From an uncultured Candidatus Binatia bacterium (GTDB lineage Bacteria > Desulfobacterota > Binatia > Bin18), in NCBI GenBank assembly GCA_965200965.1, contig OZ241744.1, positions 2,688,001 through 2,752,000 of the forward strand: DNA of 64,000 nucleotides, in the 5' to 3' direction. The position numbers and the translations under genes were made by a program. Shown here one piece after another: positions 1 to 9,890 of this stretch. The notes under the pieces are model-generated. The model did not search any database. It had not been told where the DNA came from and saw only the letters and a program-made list of their open reading frames with translations. The stretch's first letter is position 1, and each line of letters begins with the position of its first letter.

Positions 1-235
1 ACTTCCCGCTGGCCTGTTTGTCAGCCACAAGGCGGCGTATTTTTTCGATATAGACCAACTTCTGGGCGCTCAGTTCGTCCGGTTTTGTATCGCCCTCTTT
101 GTCGGGCAGCACCCGGACCGAGAGCGGACCGGGACCGCTGTTGAGGACGACACAATGAAGCGGCTGATACAGTTCAACGAGTATGAGCGCCTCTCCGGGT
201 GAACCGAACGACAGCCAAGCCGGGCGGTCGGCCAT
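1..235 (-). CDS. hypothetical protein, 5' part only (runs off the window edge)
   Basis: ATG at 235 preceded by GGAGG; open frame MADRPAWLSFGSPGEALILVELYQPLHCVVLNSGPGPLSVRVLPDKEG... to the edge. Confidence 0.5.
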   Translation of the reverse strand, partial: MADRPAWLSFGSPGEALILVELYQPLHCVVLNSGPGPLSVRVLPDKEGDTKPDELSAQKLVYIEKIRRLVADKQASGK

Positions 236-305
236 ATGCTCTGCCTCCAATGACAAGGGTAGAACGGGACAAGATCATGCGGTCCTCGCTCCTCAAGACT
301 GATGC

Positions 306-1421
306 TCAGACTTCGATCCTGTACAGCTTGGCCGCGGTATCGTGGACGATCTTGCGCCGGGCGGTCTCGTCAAGTTCAGCAAGGGTCTTGGTGATGAAGT
401 CTTGCGAGCGTGGCCAAGTGGCCGCGGTATGCGGGTAGTCTGAGGACCACATGGCGTTGTCCGGGCCGTACAGGTCGAGGGTACGGATGAAGAGCGGCTC
501 GTTGATGAAGGTCGCGTAGACCTGGCGTCTGACGTAGTCGCTGGGCTTAAGGCTCAGTTCGGCCAGCGTACCCATCGAACCCAGGCGGCTATGAATCAGG
601 TCCATCCGCCACATGAAGTACGGCATCCAGGCCACATCGTTCTCGGCCGAGACGATCTTCAGTTTCGGAAACCGCTCCAGAACGCCGCCGAGTACGAACA
701 CGGCCAGCGAGCGTTCGACTTCGTGGTACAGGGTGGTCGCCTGGAGAACCAAGTTGTTGCTGAAGAAGTCAATACCGGTGCCTTTGCGGCCGGTCAGGAT
801 ATGCAGCGACAGGGGCATGTTGAGATCGGACGCCGCGGCCCAGAACGGGTCATAGATCGTATCGCTATAGGGTTTGTCGCCCGGCGGCTCGGCCCAGATC
901 ATGGCCCCACGGATACCCTTTTCGGCGCAGCGTTCGAGCTCTCTGGTGCCGGCCTGAATATCTTCGAGCGTAATCAGACCCAGCGGCAGGAGGCGTTTGG
1001 GGTCGTGGCTGCAATATTCGGCTGCCCAATCGTTATAGGCGGAGAAACAGGCGGCCCGCAGCTCAACATCGTCAAGCATATAGAGCGGCATACCCATTGA
1101 GGTGTAGATCGCCTCGGCAATCACGCCGTCCCGGTCCTGGTCTTTGAGCCGGGCGGCCGGGTCCCACACTGACGCGGGAGCCTGATCCATGCCTTTTTTA
1201 TTGTGCTCGGGCAGCTCGGTGGACGGTACGCCAGCGCCAAAGAATGCCGCAACCGGGAAGGGAGAGATGTTTTCGCACACAAAATACTCGCCCTCTCTTC
1301 CGTTCAGGTCTTTGACGGTGTGGGGTGCCTTGTCGCGGAACTTCTCATCAAGGCGTTCCTTCCACATGCCGGGTGGTTCGACAAAATGCGAATCCGCTGA
1401 AATAACGCGATAGTCTGCCAT
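306..1421 (-). CDS. amidohydrolase family protein (amidohydro_2, metal-dependent)
   Basis: Start MADYRVISADSH after an AGGAG RBS; SLHI and MWSSDYPH motifs. The ORF-track extension to 1637 is the antisense of the tRNA. Confidence 0.9.
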   Translation of the reverse strand: MADYRVISADSHFVEPPGMWKERLDEKFRDKAPHTVKDLNGREGEYFVCENISPFPVAAFFGAGVPSTELPEHNKKGMDQAPASVWDPAARLKDQDRDGVIAEAIYTSMGMPLYMLDDVELRAACFSAYNDWAAEYCSHDPKRLLPLGLITLEDIQAGTRELERCAEKGIRGAMIWAEPPGDKPYSDTIYDPFWAAASDLNMPLSLHILTGRKGTGIDFFSNNLVLQATTLYHEVERSLAVFVLGGVLERFPKLKIVSAENDVAWMPYFMWRMDLIHSRLGSMGTLAELSLKPSDYVRRQVYATFINEPLFIRTLDLYGPDNAMWSSDYPHTAATWPRSQDFITKTLAELDETARRKIVHDTAAKLYRIEV

Positions 1422-1562
1422 ACGAGCTCCTCCTTTTCTGGCTTGGCGTGGCGGCGTCACCATACGCCCTCTTTCCCGTACAATGCAAGGGTCGAGGTCG
1501 TGAGAAATCGGGATTGCCGGACGGCTCAGGAGCTTGGTAAGATGCCTCCCGTCCCGAATCGA

Positions 1563-1636
1563 GCCCCCGTAGCTCAGCCGGATAGAGCATCGGATTCCTA
1601 ATCCGAGGGTCGTGCGTTCGAATCGCGCCGGGGGCA
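1563..1636 (+). tRNA. tRNA-Arg(CCT), CCA not encoded
   Basis: GCCCCCG/CGGGGGC acceptor stem, AGCTCAG..GGATAGAGC D-arm, TCGGA-TT-CCT-AA-TCCGA anticodon arm, GTTCGAATC T-loop. Confidence 0.95.
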
Positions 1637-1637
1637 T

Positions 1638-2660
1638 TCAGAGGGTGTCATGGGTTTTCAGCCGATAGGCCCGGGCCGCGCTGTCGTGGAACAGGGCGAG
1701 CCGCTCATCGGCCGAGAAATCCCGGGTGATGTGCTTAAAGGCATTCCACAGCACCGCATAGGAGCACGAGGTCTTATCAACCGGGAAGTTGCTCTCAAAC
1801 ATGCAGCGCTTGGCCCCGAACTGCTCAATGCAGAACAGATAGTAGGGGCCGAGAGCACGGGCCAACTGGACCGAGGTCGGCTGAGCGGCCTGTTTATGCC
1901 AGCCAAAGCCGCACATCGGCATAGTCAGGCCGCCGAGTTTGACCATCACATTGGGGCAGGTGGCCAGCTCAGCCAGCCCCCGTTTCCAGTCCTGAAAGAC
2001 GGCCTCTTGCTGACCCTGGTAGGGACCAATGCCGAGCGGACCGCCAACATGGTCAAGAATGATGGTTCCGTCCGGGCAGGCACGCGCCAAGTCCACCAGT
2101 TCGGCGATCTGGGTGTGATACATCCAGGCATCAAAGCTCAGACCCAGCCGGTGCAGACAGGCCAGCCCTTTGCGAAACGCAGCCTCTCGCATCAGACCCT
2201 CCGGCGCGCCGGTATGGGCATTCCGAATATCAGGGCTGGCGTGCCAGCTGGCCGCATGACGAATCCCCCGAAAACGGTTGGGGCTGGCCTCCAGATGCGC
2301 CGCAAGGACCGCTTCCACCCCGTCGCCCAGAGACAGGTCAGCAAAGCCGACAATCCCGGCACAGGCGGCCATTGGGCCATAGTTGCCGCTGACGCTCTGG
2401 GCGGCGATACCCTGGACAAACTCCGTCTCGCCAACGGGTTTCATCTCCCTCGGCCCGTCTTTGCGGTACATGGACAGACATTCGACAAAGACGGTCTGGA
2501 CGACTCTGTGCCCGCTGTTGGTGTCTTGCAGCAGCTCGTCAAGCAGGTAGCGGTTGCCCGGATGGTCCCACACATGGTGGTGCGGGTCACAGATGGGCAG
2601 TTCAGGGTCAAGGGCTACCTCAGCGCCGGTCTTCAGCCACTCGTCACGATCGCGTGCCAT
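1638..2660 (-). CDS. amidohydrolase family protein (lactonase-like)
   Basis: ICDPHHHVW, RFRGIRH, ILDHVGGP, RCMFESNFPVD motifs; start MARDRDEWL after GAGGAGG. Confidence 0.9.
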   Translation of the reverse strand: MARDRDEWLKTGAEVALDPELPICDPHHHVWDHPGNRYLLDELLQDTNSGHRVVQTVFVECLSMYRKDGPREMKPVGETEFVQGIAAQSVSGNYGPMAACAGIVGFADLSLGDGVEAVLAAHLEASPNRFRGIRHAASWHASPDIRNAHTGAPEGLMREAAFRKGLACLHRLGLSFDAWMYHTQIAELVDLARACPDGTIILDHVGGPLGIGPYQGQQEAVFQDWKRGLAELATCPNVMVKLGGLTMPMCGFGWHKQAAQPTSVQLARALGPYYLFCIEQFGAKRCMFESNFPVDKTSCSYAVLWNAFKHITRDFSADERLALFHDSAARAYRLKTHDTL

Positions 2661-3933
2661 AGGGGTCCTCCTCTTCGTAGGCTTCGGCCAGCAGATCCAC
2701 GGTATGCACGGCTTCAATGGCCGCGCCCCGCTGCTGGAGGCCTGCCTGGATCTGGATCAGACAGCCGGGATTGCCCATCACAACCGTCCCGGCCCGGGTG
2801 CTCTGGATGTTGTCAACTTTGCGCCGCAGAAGCCGCCCGGCCATCTCGGGCTCGGTGAGGTTATAGGTACCGGCGCTGCCACAACACCAGTCAGACTCGG
2901 GCATATCAACGATCCGCAGGCCGGGAATAGCCGCCAGCAGGGCGCGCGGTTGGGCACGGACCTGTTGGCCATGGGCCAAGTGACAGGCGTCGTGATAGGT
3001 CACGGTTTTGTTCAGGGTCTTGGTCGGCTTGGTCGGCCCAATGTCGGCCAGAAACTCCGACACGTCTTTCATCTTGGCCGCCAGTTGCTCGGCCCGCTCA
3101 CGGTACACCGGGTCGTCTTTGAGCAACTCGCCATACTCCTTCATCATCGCCCCGCAGCCCGAGGCATTGATGATGAGGGCGTCAACATCAAGCTCGCTGA
3201 AGACCTCGACATTGCGTTGCGCCAGCGCCAGGGCCTCGGATTTATTGCCGTTATGCAACAATAAGGCTCCGCAGCAGGCTTGGCTTTTGGGTACCAGAAC
3301 ATCACAGCCGTTATAGCGCAGGACTTTGACGGTTGCCTCGTTGGTCGCGCCGAACAGCTCGGACATGACACAGCCGGACAGCATAGCCACCCGGTAGCGC
3401 TGGGGGCCAACAGGGGCGTAGCGGTCCTGGAGCGTCGTCGAAGACAGTCGGCCCCGAGTTGGGATGAGGCCAAACTGCGAACGCAGGCGGGCGGGAAGCC
3501 AGTTGGCCTGGGCCAGACGGCCCAGCCCCAGCCACGAGCCGAGCCGCAGCAGCCCGGCGAACAGGCGCATGCCGACCGGGCTGGGGAAAATCGTATCAAT
3601 GGTCCGCCGGGTGAGGCGTTCGGCCAGTGGCCGCTTGTAGTGCTGCTCAATGTACGGCCGGGCTCCTTCGATAAGCGCCCCGTACTGGACCCCGGACGGA
3701 CAGGCCGTCTCACACGACCGGCAGCCCAGGCACAGGTCGAGATGCCGCACGACCTCAGAATCCAGACCGAAGCGGCCCTCTTGCAGCGCCCGCAGGGTCA
3801 GAATACGGCCCCGCGGGGAGTCCATCTCAGTCCCCAACTCAGCATACGTCGGGCAGAATGGCAGGCACAGCCCACAGTGTACACAGTCAAAGAATTTCTC
3901 GTGAGCGACAAAATGGGCGTGTTCGTGTGGCAT
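2644..3933 (-). CDS. glcF: glycolate oxidase iron-sulfur subunit
   Basis: Two CxxCxxCxxxCP ferredoxin motifs, CCG domains (CCGA, CCGSAG); follows glcD/glcE. Confidence 0.9.
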   Translation of the reverse strand: MPHEHAHFVAHEKFFDCVHCGLCLPFCPTYAELGTEMDSPRGRILTLRALQEGRFGLDSEVVRHLDLCLGCRSCETACPSGVQYGALIEGARPYIEQHYKRPLAERLTRRTIDTIFPSPVGMRLFAGLLRLGSWLGLGRLAQANWLPARLRSQFGLIPTRGRLSSTTLQDRYAPVGPQRYRVAMLSGCVMSELFGATNEATVKVLRYNGCDVLVPKSQACCGALLLHNGNKSEALALAQRNVEVFSELDVDALIINASGCGAMMKEYGELLKDDPVYRERAEQLAAKMKDVSEFLADIGPTKPTKTLNKTVTYHDACHLAHGQQVRAQPRALLAAIPGLRIVDMPESDWCCGSAGTYNLTEPEMAGRLLRRKVDNIQSTRAGTVVMGNPGCLIQIQAGLQQRGAAIEAVHTVDLLAEAYEEEDPYGTRS

Positions 3934-3940
3934 ACGACGC

Positions 3941-5260
3941 CTAAATGCCTCCGATAAATCGGCCGGGGTTCAACACCTGCTGCGGATCAAAGGTGTCTTT
4001 GAGTTTTTTCATCAGCGGGAAGGCACTGCCGGTCGGTCCCCACACATCGACCCGGTCCTTCAGACCCGGATCAATCTGCTCAACAACGAGATAACCGTTC
4101 ATTTTTCTGACCAGGATACGCAACCAGTCAAGCAGGGAAACGAACTGCTCGGCAGGGGGGGGCGTGCTCTCCTCCTCATTGGAGCGGACGAAGCGGATGT
4201 ACACAATACCGTTCCCGGCCCGGGCCTGAAACTGGACCGACAGGCCGTGCCGGCCGATCTCTTCCTCCACCTGGTGACAAAACTCGGCCACCCGATCTGG
4301 CAGCAGACTGGTTTTGCAGCGCAAGCCGGCCTGACCGCTGACCGGAAAGTCGCGCAGAGCAAGGGCCAGATTGTGGGCGGCCTGACCTTCGATATGTTCG
4401 AGGCGCAAGCCGGCTTGGCTGGCCAGTTCATTCAGGCGCTGGCGTTGATAGTCAACCTCTTGGGTCACGCCTGCCAGACCGACAACAAGCAGAGATTCGG
4501 CTGAGTTATCGGCGGGATGGGCTGGATCAAAATTGGTCAGTTCCAGGAAGAAGGGTTGCAGCTCGGCAGTAATTCGCTGTGAGGTGGCCTGTATGGCGTG
4601 AAGAAGGGTGCCATGTCTCACTTCCGCGGCAGAGGGAAAGCGGAGCATCAGAATGGCCTGAGCTTCCGGTCGGGGTCGGATCTTGAAAGTCGCCTCAACA
4701 ATGACCCCCAGGCTGCCGAGCGAGCCGCAGTAGAGCTTGGCCAGGTCGTAGCCGGCCACGTTTTTGACCACCCGCCCGCCGCCTTTCACCACCGCGCCAT
4801 CCGCCCGGACGACTTTCAGCCCAATCAGAAAATCGCGGACCGTGCCCTGTGAGAAGCGAGACGGGCCGCTCAGGTTGGTTGCGATCAAGCCACCGACTGT
4901 AACCTGTTCCGGGTTGGGTGGATCGAGCGGCAGCCACTGACCGTTCTCGCCCAAAACGGCCTGGAGTTGCGAGAGGGTCAGGCCGGCCTCGACCGTGACC
5001 GTCATGTCGGTCGGTTGGTAATCCAGCAGCTTATTCAGCCGTTCCAGACACAGCGCCACATCATAGCGGCGTGGGCGAGCGCCTAGGTGCAGAAACGCCC
5101 CCAGCCCAACCGGGGCAACCGCCAGCTTGCGCTTCCCGGCGTCCCGCAGTTCTGCCGACACCTGCTTGACCGAGGTCGGAAGCAACACCTCGCGCGGCTT
5201 GGCCCCGTCAATCGCAAATCGCTCTCCGGCCTCAAAGTGGGACATGGTATCCTCATTCAC
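3941..5260 (-). CDS. glcE: glycolate oxidase FAD-binding subunit
   Basis: GGRVVKNVAGYDLAKLYCGSLGSLG motif; C-terminal FDPxxVLNPGR; start may be at 5245. Confidence 0.85.
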   Translation of the reverse strand: MNEDTMSHFEAGERFAIDGAKPREVLLPTSVKQVSAELRDAGKRKLAVAPVGLGAFLHLGARPRRYDVALCLERLNKLLDYQPTDMTVTVEAGLTLSQLQAVLGENGQWLPLDPPNPEQVTVGGLIATNLSGPSRFSQGTVRDFLIGLKVVRADGAVVKGGGRVVKNVAGYDLAKLYCGSLGSLGVIVEATFKIRPRPEAQAILMLRFPSAAEVRHGTLLHAIQATSQRITAELQPFFLELTNFDPAHPADNSAESLLVVGLAGVTQEVDYQRQRLNELASQAGLRLEHIEGQAAHNLALALRDFPVSGQAGLRCKTSLLPDRVAEFCHQVEEEIGRHGLSVQFQARAGNGIVYIRFVRSNEEESTPPPAEQFVSLLDWLRILVRKMNGYLVVEQIDPGLKDRVDVWGPTGSAFPLMKKLKDTFDPQQVLNPGRFIGGI

Positions 5261-5317
5261 AATGTCAGCCTGTCCCAGCCTGCCATAAGCCAGCCCTCAA
5301 ACCCTGCTCATCCTGTC

Positions 5318-6745
5318 TCACAGCGGGACTTGGCGACGCGGCGCGCACACGTCAATACAGCCCGTCCCGGGCGTAGGAATGATCTTATGCGGGTTACATC
5401 GATTGTCGGGATTGAACACCGTGCGCAGCTCGCTCATACACAGCAGGTCTTCAGGGCTGAAGATCAGCGGCATCTGGGCTTGCTTCTCAACGCCAATCCC
5501 GTGCTCGCCGGTCAGGCTGCCACCAAGGTCAACGCAGGCTTTCAGAATCTCCCGGCCGGCCTGCACCACCCGCTTGGCCTCACCCGGATTGCGCTCGTCG
5601 TACATCAGAATGGGATGAATGTTGCCATCTCCGGCGTGAAAGACATTGGCAATGCGCAAATTGTATTTCTTGGCCACCGCGTCGATTGTGCGCAGGATAT
5701 CCGGCACCTTGGTGCGCGGCACGACTCCATCCTGGGTGCAGTAATTCGGGGCGAGGCGGCCCACCGCGCCAAACGCTCGCTTCCGGCTGGTCCACAGCGC
5801 CAGGCGCTCGGCATCGTCCTCGGCCACCCGGACTTCGCGAGCGCTGTTGTGCCGACAGATGTCCATGATCTTGCGCGTTTGGGGCTCAAGGCCGGCCTCC
5901 AAGCCGTCCAGTTCAATAATCAGCACCGCCCCTGCGTCGGTCGGAAACCCGAACTGAAAGGCGGCTTCAACGGCCTGAATAATAAGCCGGTCCATCATTT
6001 CCAGAGCCGCCGGCACAATACCGGTGGCAATAATGTCTGATACGGTCTGGGTTGCCTGGTGGACTGACTCAAACACGCCCAGAAAGGTACGGTAGGCCTG
6101 CGGTTGGCGGGTCAGGCGCAGGGTCGCCTCGGTCACCAGTCCGAAGGTCCCCTCAGCCCCGATCGTGATTCCGCGCAGATCATAGCCCGGCACGTCTTCA
6201 ACCGCCCCGCCGAGCGTGACCAACTCACCGTCCGGCAGCACCAGCTCAAGACCCAAGACATGGTTGGTCGTCACCCCATATTTCAGAGTATGGGGTCCGC
6301 CCGAGTTCTCGGCTACATTGCCGCCGATGGTGCAGGCCTGCTGGCTCGACGGGTCAGGCGCGTAGTGCAGGCCGTCTTTTTTGACCGCGTTACTGACCCA
6401 CAGGTTGACGACCCCGGCCTCGGCCACCACATAGCGGTTGGCCAAGTCAATGTGCTTGATCGTATTCATCCGGCTGGTACCGATCATGACCGGCGCTTCA
6501 ACCGGCAGGCAGCCGCCGCTCAGCCCGGTGCCGGCCCCACGCGGGACAAAGGCGATGTTCTCTTTGTGCAGGAATTTGACGACCGCGACTGTCTCGGCGG
6601 TCGAGCGGGGCAGCACGACCACCTCGGGAACCGACTTCTCCAGGGTGTAGCCGTCACATTCATAGGTGGCTAAGGCCCGCGAGTTGACCACCAGCCCGTC
6701 GGCTCCCACAATCTCGCCCAGACGCTCAACCGCACTCATATCCAT
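5318..6745 (-). CDS. glcD: glycolate oxidase subunit (FAD-linked oxidase)
   Basis: PRGAGTGLSGG, APDPSSQQACTIGGNVAENSGG, HAGDGNIHP, GEHGIG motifs. Confidence 0.92.
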   Translation of the reverse strand: MDMSAVERLGEIVGADGLVVNSRALATYECDGYTLEKSVPEVVVLPRSTAETVAVVKFLHKENIAFVPRGAGTGLSGGCLPVEAPVMIGTSRMNTIKHIDLANRYVVAEAGVVNLWVSNAVKKDGLHYAPDPSSQQACTIGGNVAENSGGPHTLKYGVTTNHVLGLELVLPDGELVTLGGAVEDVPGYDLRGITIGAEGTFGLVTEATLRLTRQPQAYRTFLGVFESVHQATQTVSDIIATGIVPAALEMMDRLIIQAVEAAFQFGFPTDAGAVLIIELDGLEAGLEPQTRKIMDICRHNSAREVRVAEDDAERLALWTSRKRAFGAVGRLAPNYCTQDGVVPRTKVPDILRTIDAVAKKYNLRIANVFHAGDGNIHPILMYDERNPGEAKRVVQAGREILKACVDLGGSLTGEHGIGVEKQAQMPLIFSPEDLLCMSELRTVFNPDNRCNPHKIIPTPGTGCIDVCAPRRQVPL

Positions 6746-6836
6746 GACACGCTCCTTATGGACAGCTATATCCTGCCCGTATATCACGCCTGACGGGAGT
6801 TGACAAAAATACCCGGCTGCCGCTTATTACAATGCC

Positions 6837-7916
6837 ATGAAAAAGCGAGTTGCTGTTGTCGGGGCCACGGGTATTGCCGGGCAACAATTTCTGGTGGCTC
6901 TCGAAAATCATCCCTGGTTTGAGGTGGGTCTCGTAGCCGCCTCACAGCGCTCAGCCGGGAAAACCTACGCTGAGGCGATTCGGGACGCCAGGACGGGTGC
7001 CCAACAGTGGTGGTGTCAGGAAAAACCGCCACAAGCAATGCTGTCGCTGAGGGTGCATGAGGCGTCGTCAATCGACCTGAGCGGCATTGATCTGGTGTTC
7101 TCCGCGGTCGAGTCCGGCCCGGCACGGGAACTGGAGCCGCTGTACGCCGCCACCACCCCGGTCGTCAGCACCGCCTCCGCATTCCGCTATGAAGCCGATG
7201 TGCCGCTCCTGATTCCGGGCGTCAACCTGGATCACATCGGTCTGATCGACAGCCAGCAGAAAAACCGGGGCTGGCACGGCTATATTGCTACCCAGCCCAA
7301 CTGCACCACAATCGGCCTGGCGATTACGCTCAAGCCGCTGTTCGATGCCTTTGGCCTGCAAAAAGTCATTATGACTTCAATGCAGGGACTGTCCGGGGCA
7401 GGGCGCTCGCCCGGCGTTATCGGACTTGATGTTGTGGATAACGTCATCCCCTTTATCTCGGGCGAAGAGGAAAAGGTCGAAAAAGAAGCCCGGAAGATCA
7501 TGGGCAGCCTGTCGGCCGGTACGATCAGGCCGGCAGACTTTTCGGTCAGCGCGACCTGCACCCGGGTGGCCGTGCTTGAGGGACATACCGAATCGGTCCT
7601 GGCCGTGATGGACAAATCGTGCTCGGTTGACGATGCGCGGGCAGCCATGATCGCCTTTGGCCACGAGTTCGGGAAGCTGGGCCTGCCCTCAGCGCCCAGG
7701 CATATGATTATCGTCCACAACGACCCGTTCCGGCCCCAGCCCCGTTTAGACCGCGACGCCGAAGACGGCATGGCGACCTCGGCCGGCCGGTTTCGGGCTG
7801 ATAGCGCGCTGGATAACGGGGTCAAATACCTGCTCGTCAGCCACAATACCAAAATGGGCGCGGCCAAGGGGGCGGTGCTGATGGCCGAGTATTTCCATCA
7901 GCAGGGCTATGTCTGA
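6837..7916 (+). CDS. asd: aspartate-semialdehyde dehydrogenase
   Basis: VVGATG Rossmann motif, PNCTT catalytic Cys, SGAG, HNTxxGAA. Confidence 0.93.
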   Translation: MKKRVAVVGATGIAGQQFLVALENHPWFEVGLVAASQRSAGKTYAEAIRDARTGAQQWWCQEKPPQAMLSLRVHEASSIDLSGIDLVFSAVESGPARELEPLYAATTPVVSTASAFRYEADVPLLIPGVNLDHIGLIDSQQKNRGWHGYIATQPNCTTIGLAITLKPLFDAFGLQKVIMTSMQGLSGAGRSPGVIGLDVVDNVIPFISGEEEKVEKEARKIMGSLSAGTIRPADFSVSATCTRVAVLEGHTESVLAVMDKSCSVDDARAAMIAFGHEFGKLGLPSAPRHMIIVHNDPFRPQPRLDRDAEDGMATSAGRFRADSALDNGVKYLLVSHNTKMGAAKGAVLMAEYFHQQGYV

Positions 7917-7987
7917 CCACGACTTCTCAGCATCACCATGAGCAGCCAGGGCCGGACACCCAGCACATCAGAATCACTTTTGCCCAC

Positions 7988-9391
7988 ATGCCGCCAACCT
8001 ACCAACCCGCAGACCTGCCCCCAAAGTCGGCCAGCTTCTGGCATCTGGCCGGACCCGGTGCCGTCCTGGTCGGCCTGTCTATTGGGGCCGGTGAATTGAT
8101 TGTCTGGCCCCGCAATACCGCCCAGTTTGGGGCCAGCATGACTTGGGCGGCGGTGCTGGGAGTGTTTGTTCAGCTCTGGATCAACTGTGAGGTCGGCCGC
8201 TATACGCTGGCCACCGGTGAGAGCATCTACGGTGGCTTTGCCCGCCTGTCCCGCCATTTTGCCTGGATCTTTCTGATGCTGAATGTGTGCAGCTGGATTT
8301 TGCCGGGCTGGGCGCGGGCGTGTGGCGGAGCGCTCAAAGTTCTGATTGTCGGCCCCCAGGGCTGGGGAGAGCCCTGGATGTGGACGACGATTACCTTTAT
8401 CGGGGTGGCGGGTGTCCTGTTTGGGCCAAAGCGGGTGTACGCTTCGCTGGAGCAGACGGTCAAGGTTCTGGTTGTGGTGATTACAGTTGGCCTGGTGGCG
8501 ATTACGCTTTCGGTCGGCGGGGCGGCAACCTGGAGAGAGCTGGGTCGGGGTATACTGAATATCCCGTATAAAGACCCCGACATGGCTGTGTACGCCTTAT
8601 TCTCCTCAATTGTTTTTGCCGGAGCGGGAGGAACGGCCAATCTGTTCTTTTCGTTTTATATCCGGGACAAGGGCTGGGGGATGGGCGCACTGGTGCCAAC
8701 GGCGTCCAACCCGCTGCGAGAGCACCAGGAGGCAAGGACTGAGCGGGCGTTTCAGGTCATGATCACTGGGCGCAATATGCAGCGCTGGCGGGCCTGGTTT
8801 CGGCATCTGCAACTTGACCAGGCACTCTTTTTCTGGCTGCTGAATACCTTCACCATCCTGCTGTTCATCTATGGAGCGCTGGCTGTTCTCCACCCCCGCG
8901 GTATCGTCCCCAATCAGGAGTTGCTGGTGTGGCAGGAGGCCGAAATCCTGGGCAGCTTATGGGGGTCGTTCGGCAAGCTGGTGTTTTTGCTGGTCGGCAC
9001 TGCATGTCTGTTCAGCACCCAACTCACGCTGATCGATGGGGTGGCCCGGTCGTGCGCGGATATTCTGCACACCAACTATGCCTGGGCGCAGAAAAAACCG
9101 CTCGGCTGGTGGTATGCCACCCTTGCCCTGGCCTGGATTGTGGCCGGTATTGTCCTGACCTATGTGTATGAAAGCCTGCCGCCCATCCTGTTCCTGCTGG
9201 GTTCGGCGTTTTTCGGTGGGATTGCTATGGCTATCTATACTCCGCTGGTCCTGGTCCTGAATCGGACCAAGCTGCCGGCCGAGTTGCGACCCGGCCCTGT
9301 GCGCTGCGCCATTCTGGGGGCAATCAGCCTTTTCTATATTGTGTTTGCGTTCGGTTCAGCCGCACTGCTGGTCCAACGCCTGTTCGTGTAG
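7988..9391 (+). CDS. Nramp-family-like transporter
   Basis: About 11 hydrophobic segments; GPGxxxxGxSIGAGE and GRYTLATGES motifs. Confidence 0.75.
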   Translation: MPPTYQPADLPPKSASFWHLAGPGAVLVGLSIGAGELIVWPRNTAQFGASMTWAAVLGVFVQLWINCEVGRYTLATGESIYGGFARLSRHFAWIFLMLNVCSWILPGWARACGGALKVLIVGPQGWGEPWMWTTITFIGVAGVLFGPKRVYASLEQTVKVLVVVITVGLVAITLSVGGAATWRELGRGILNIPYKDPDMAVYALFSSIVFAGAGGTANLFFSFYIRDKGWGMGALVPTASNPLREHQEARTERAFQVMITGRNMQRWRAWFRHLQLDQALFFWLLNTFTILLFIYGALAVLHPRGIVPNQELLVWQEAEILGSLWGSFGKLVFLLVGTACLFSTQLTLIDGVARSCADILHTNYAWAQKKPLGWWYATLALAWIVAGIVLTYVYESLPPILFLLGSAFFGGIAMAIYTPLVLVLNRTKLPAELRPGPVRCAILGAISLFYIVFAFGSAALLVQRLFV

Positions 9392-9393
9392 CC

Positions 9394-9419
9394 CACAGAG
9401 GGCAGAACTGCCCTCTGTG
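9394..9419. terminator. perfect inverted repeat between convergent genes, probable bidirectional terminator
   Basis: CACAGAGGGCAG-AA-CTGCCCTCTGTG. Confidence 0.6.
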
Positions 9420-9434
9420 ATTGCGTTGGCCGAT

Positions 9435-9749
9435 TTAGACGCTGCCCGACAAGGTAAAAGCGATCACCAGGGCATAGATGGCCAACGCCTCGATAAAGGC
9501 GATACCGATAATCATCGGCGTCTGAATCCGGTCGGCCGAACTCGGGTTGCGGCCGATGGACTCCATCGCCGCGGCAACAGCCCGTCCCTGGCCTAAGCTT
9601 GCTCCAACCGCGGCAATGCCGATAGCCAGGCCGGCAGCCAGAGCGATCACGCCGCGTGACGAGTCGCCCCCCTCCGCGGCAAACGCCGCGCCGCTTGTGC
9701 TCAGTACTATGATCGCCGCCAAAACACCAATACGCCAGACTCTCTTCAT
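9435..9749 (-). CDS. atpE: ATP synthase F0 subunit c, with signal-peptide-like N-terminal extension
   Basis: Glycine-rich helix, RNP loop, FIEALAIY carrying the ion-binding Glu. Confidence 0.95.
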   Translation of the reverse strand: MKRVWRIGVLAAIIVLSTSGAAFAAEGGDSSRGVIALAAGLAIGIAAVGASLGQGRAVAAAMESIGRNPSSADRIQTPMIIGIAFIEALAIYALVIAFTLSGSV

Positions 9750-9890
9750 ACCTCTACTCCTTTCTCGCCCCCCGAAACGGCAGAGACTTGGGCACGCCTC
9801 TCTATCCTCCCCGCCCGTCCTCGCCCCTCTGTCGTCAGGATAGCTGTTTCTCGTCCTGTTTTTTCCTCATTCGCCCTGAAAAGGGTATCA

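Noticed and set aside
1563-1636. tRNA as an integration site (att)
   Set aside because: I saw no integrase and no duplicate of the tRNA 3' end in the window.
1422-1637. N-terminal extension of the amidohydrolase (MPPARFERTTLGLGIRCS...)
   Set aside because: It is the antisense reading of tRNA-Arg; the real start is at 1421 with an RBS.
9435-9749. Na+-coupled ATP synthase
   Set aside because: Subunit c has the Gln and Glu but reads EALAIY, lacking the E-S/T signature of Na+ c-rings, so H+ coupling is more likely.
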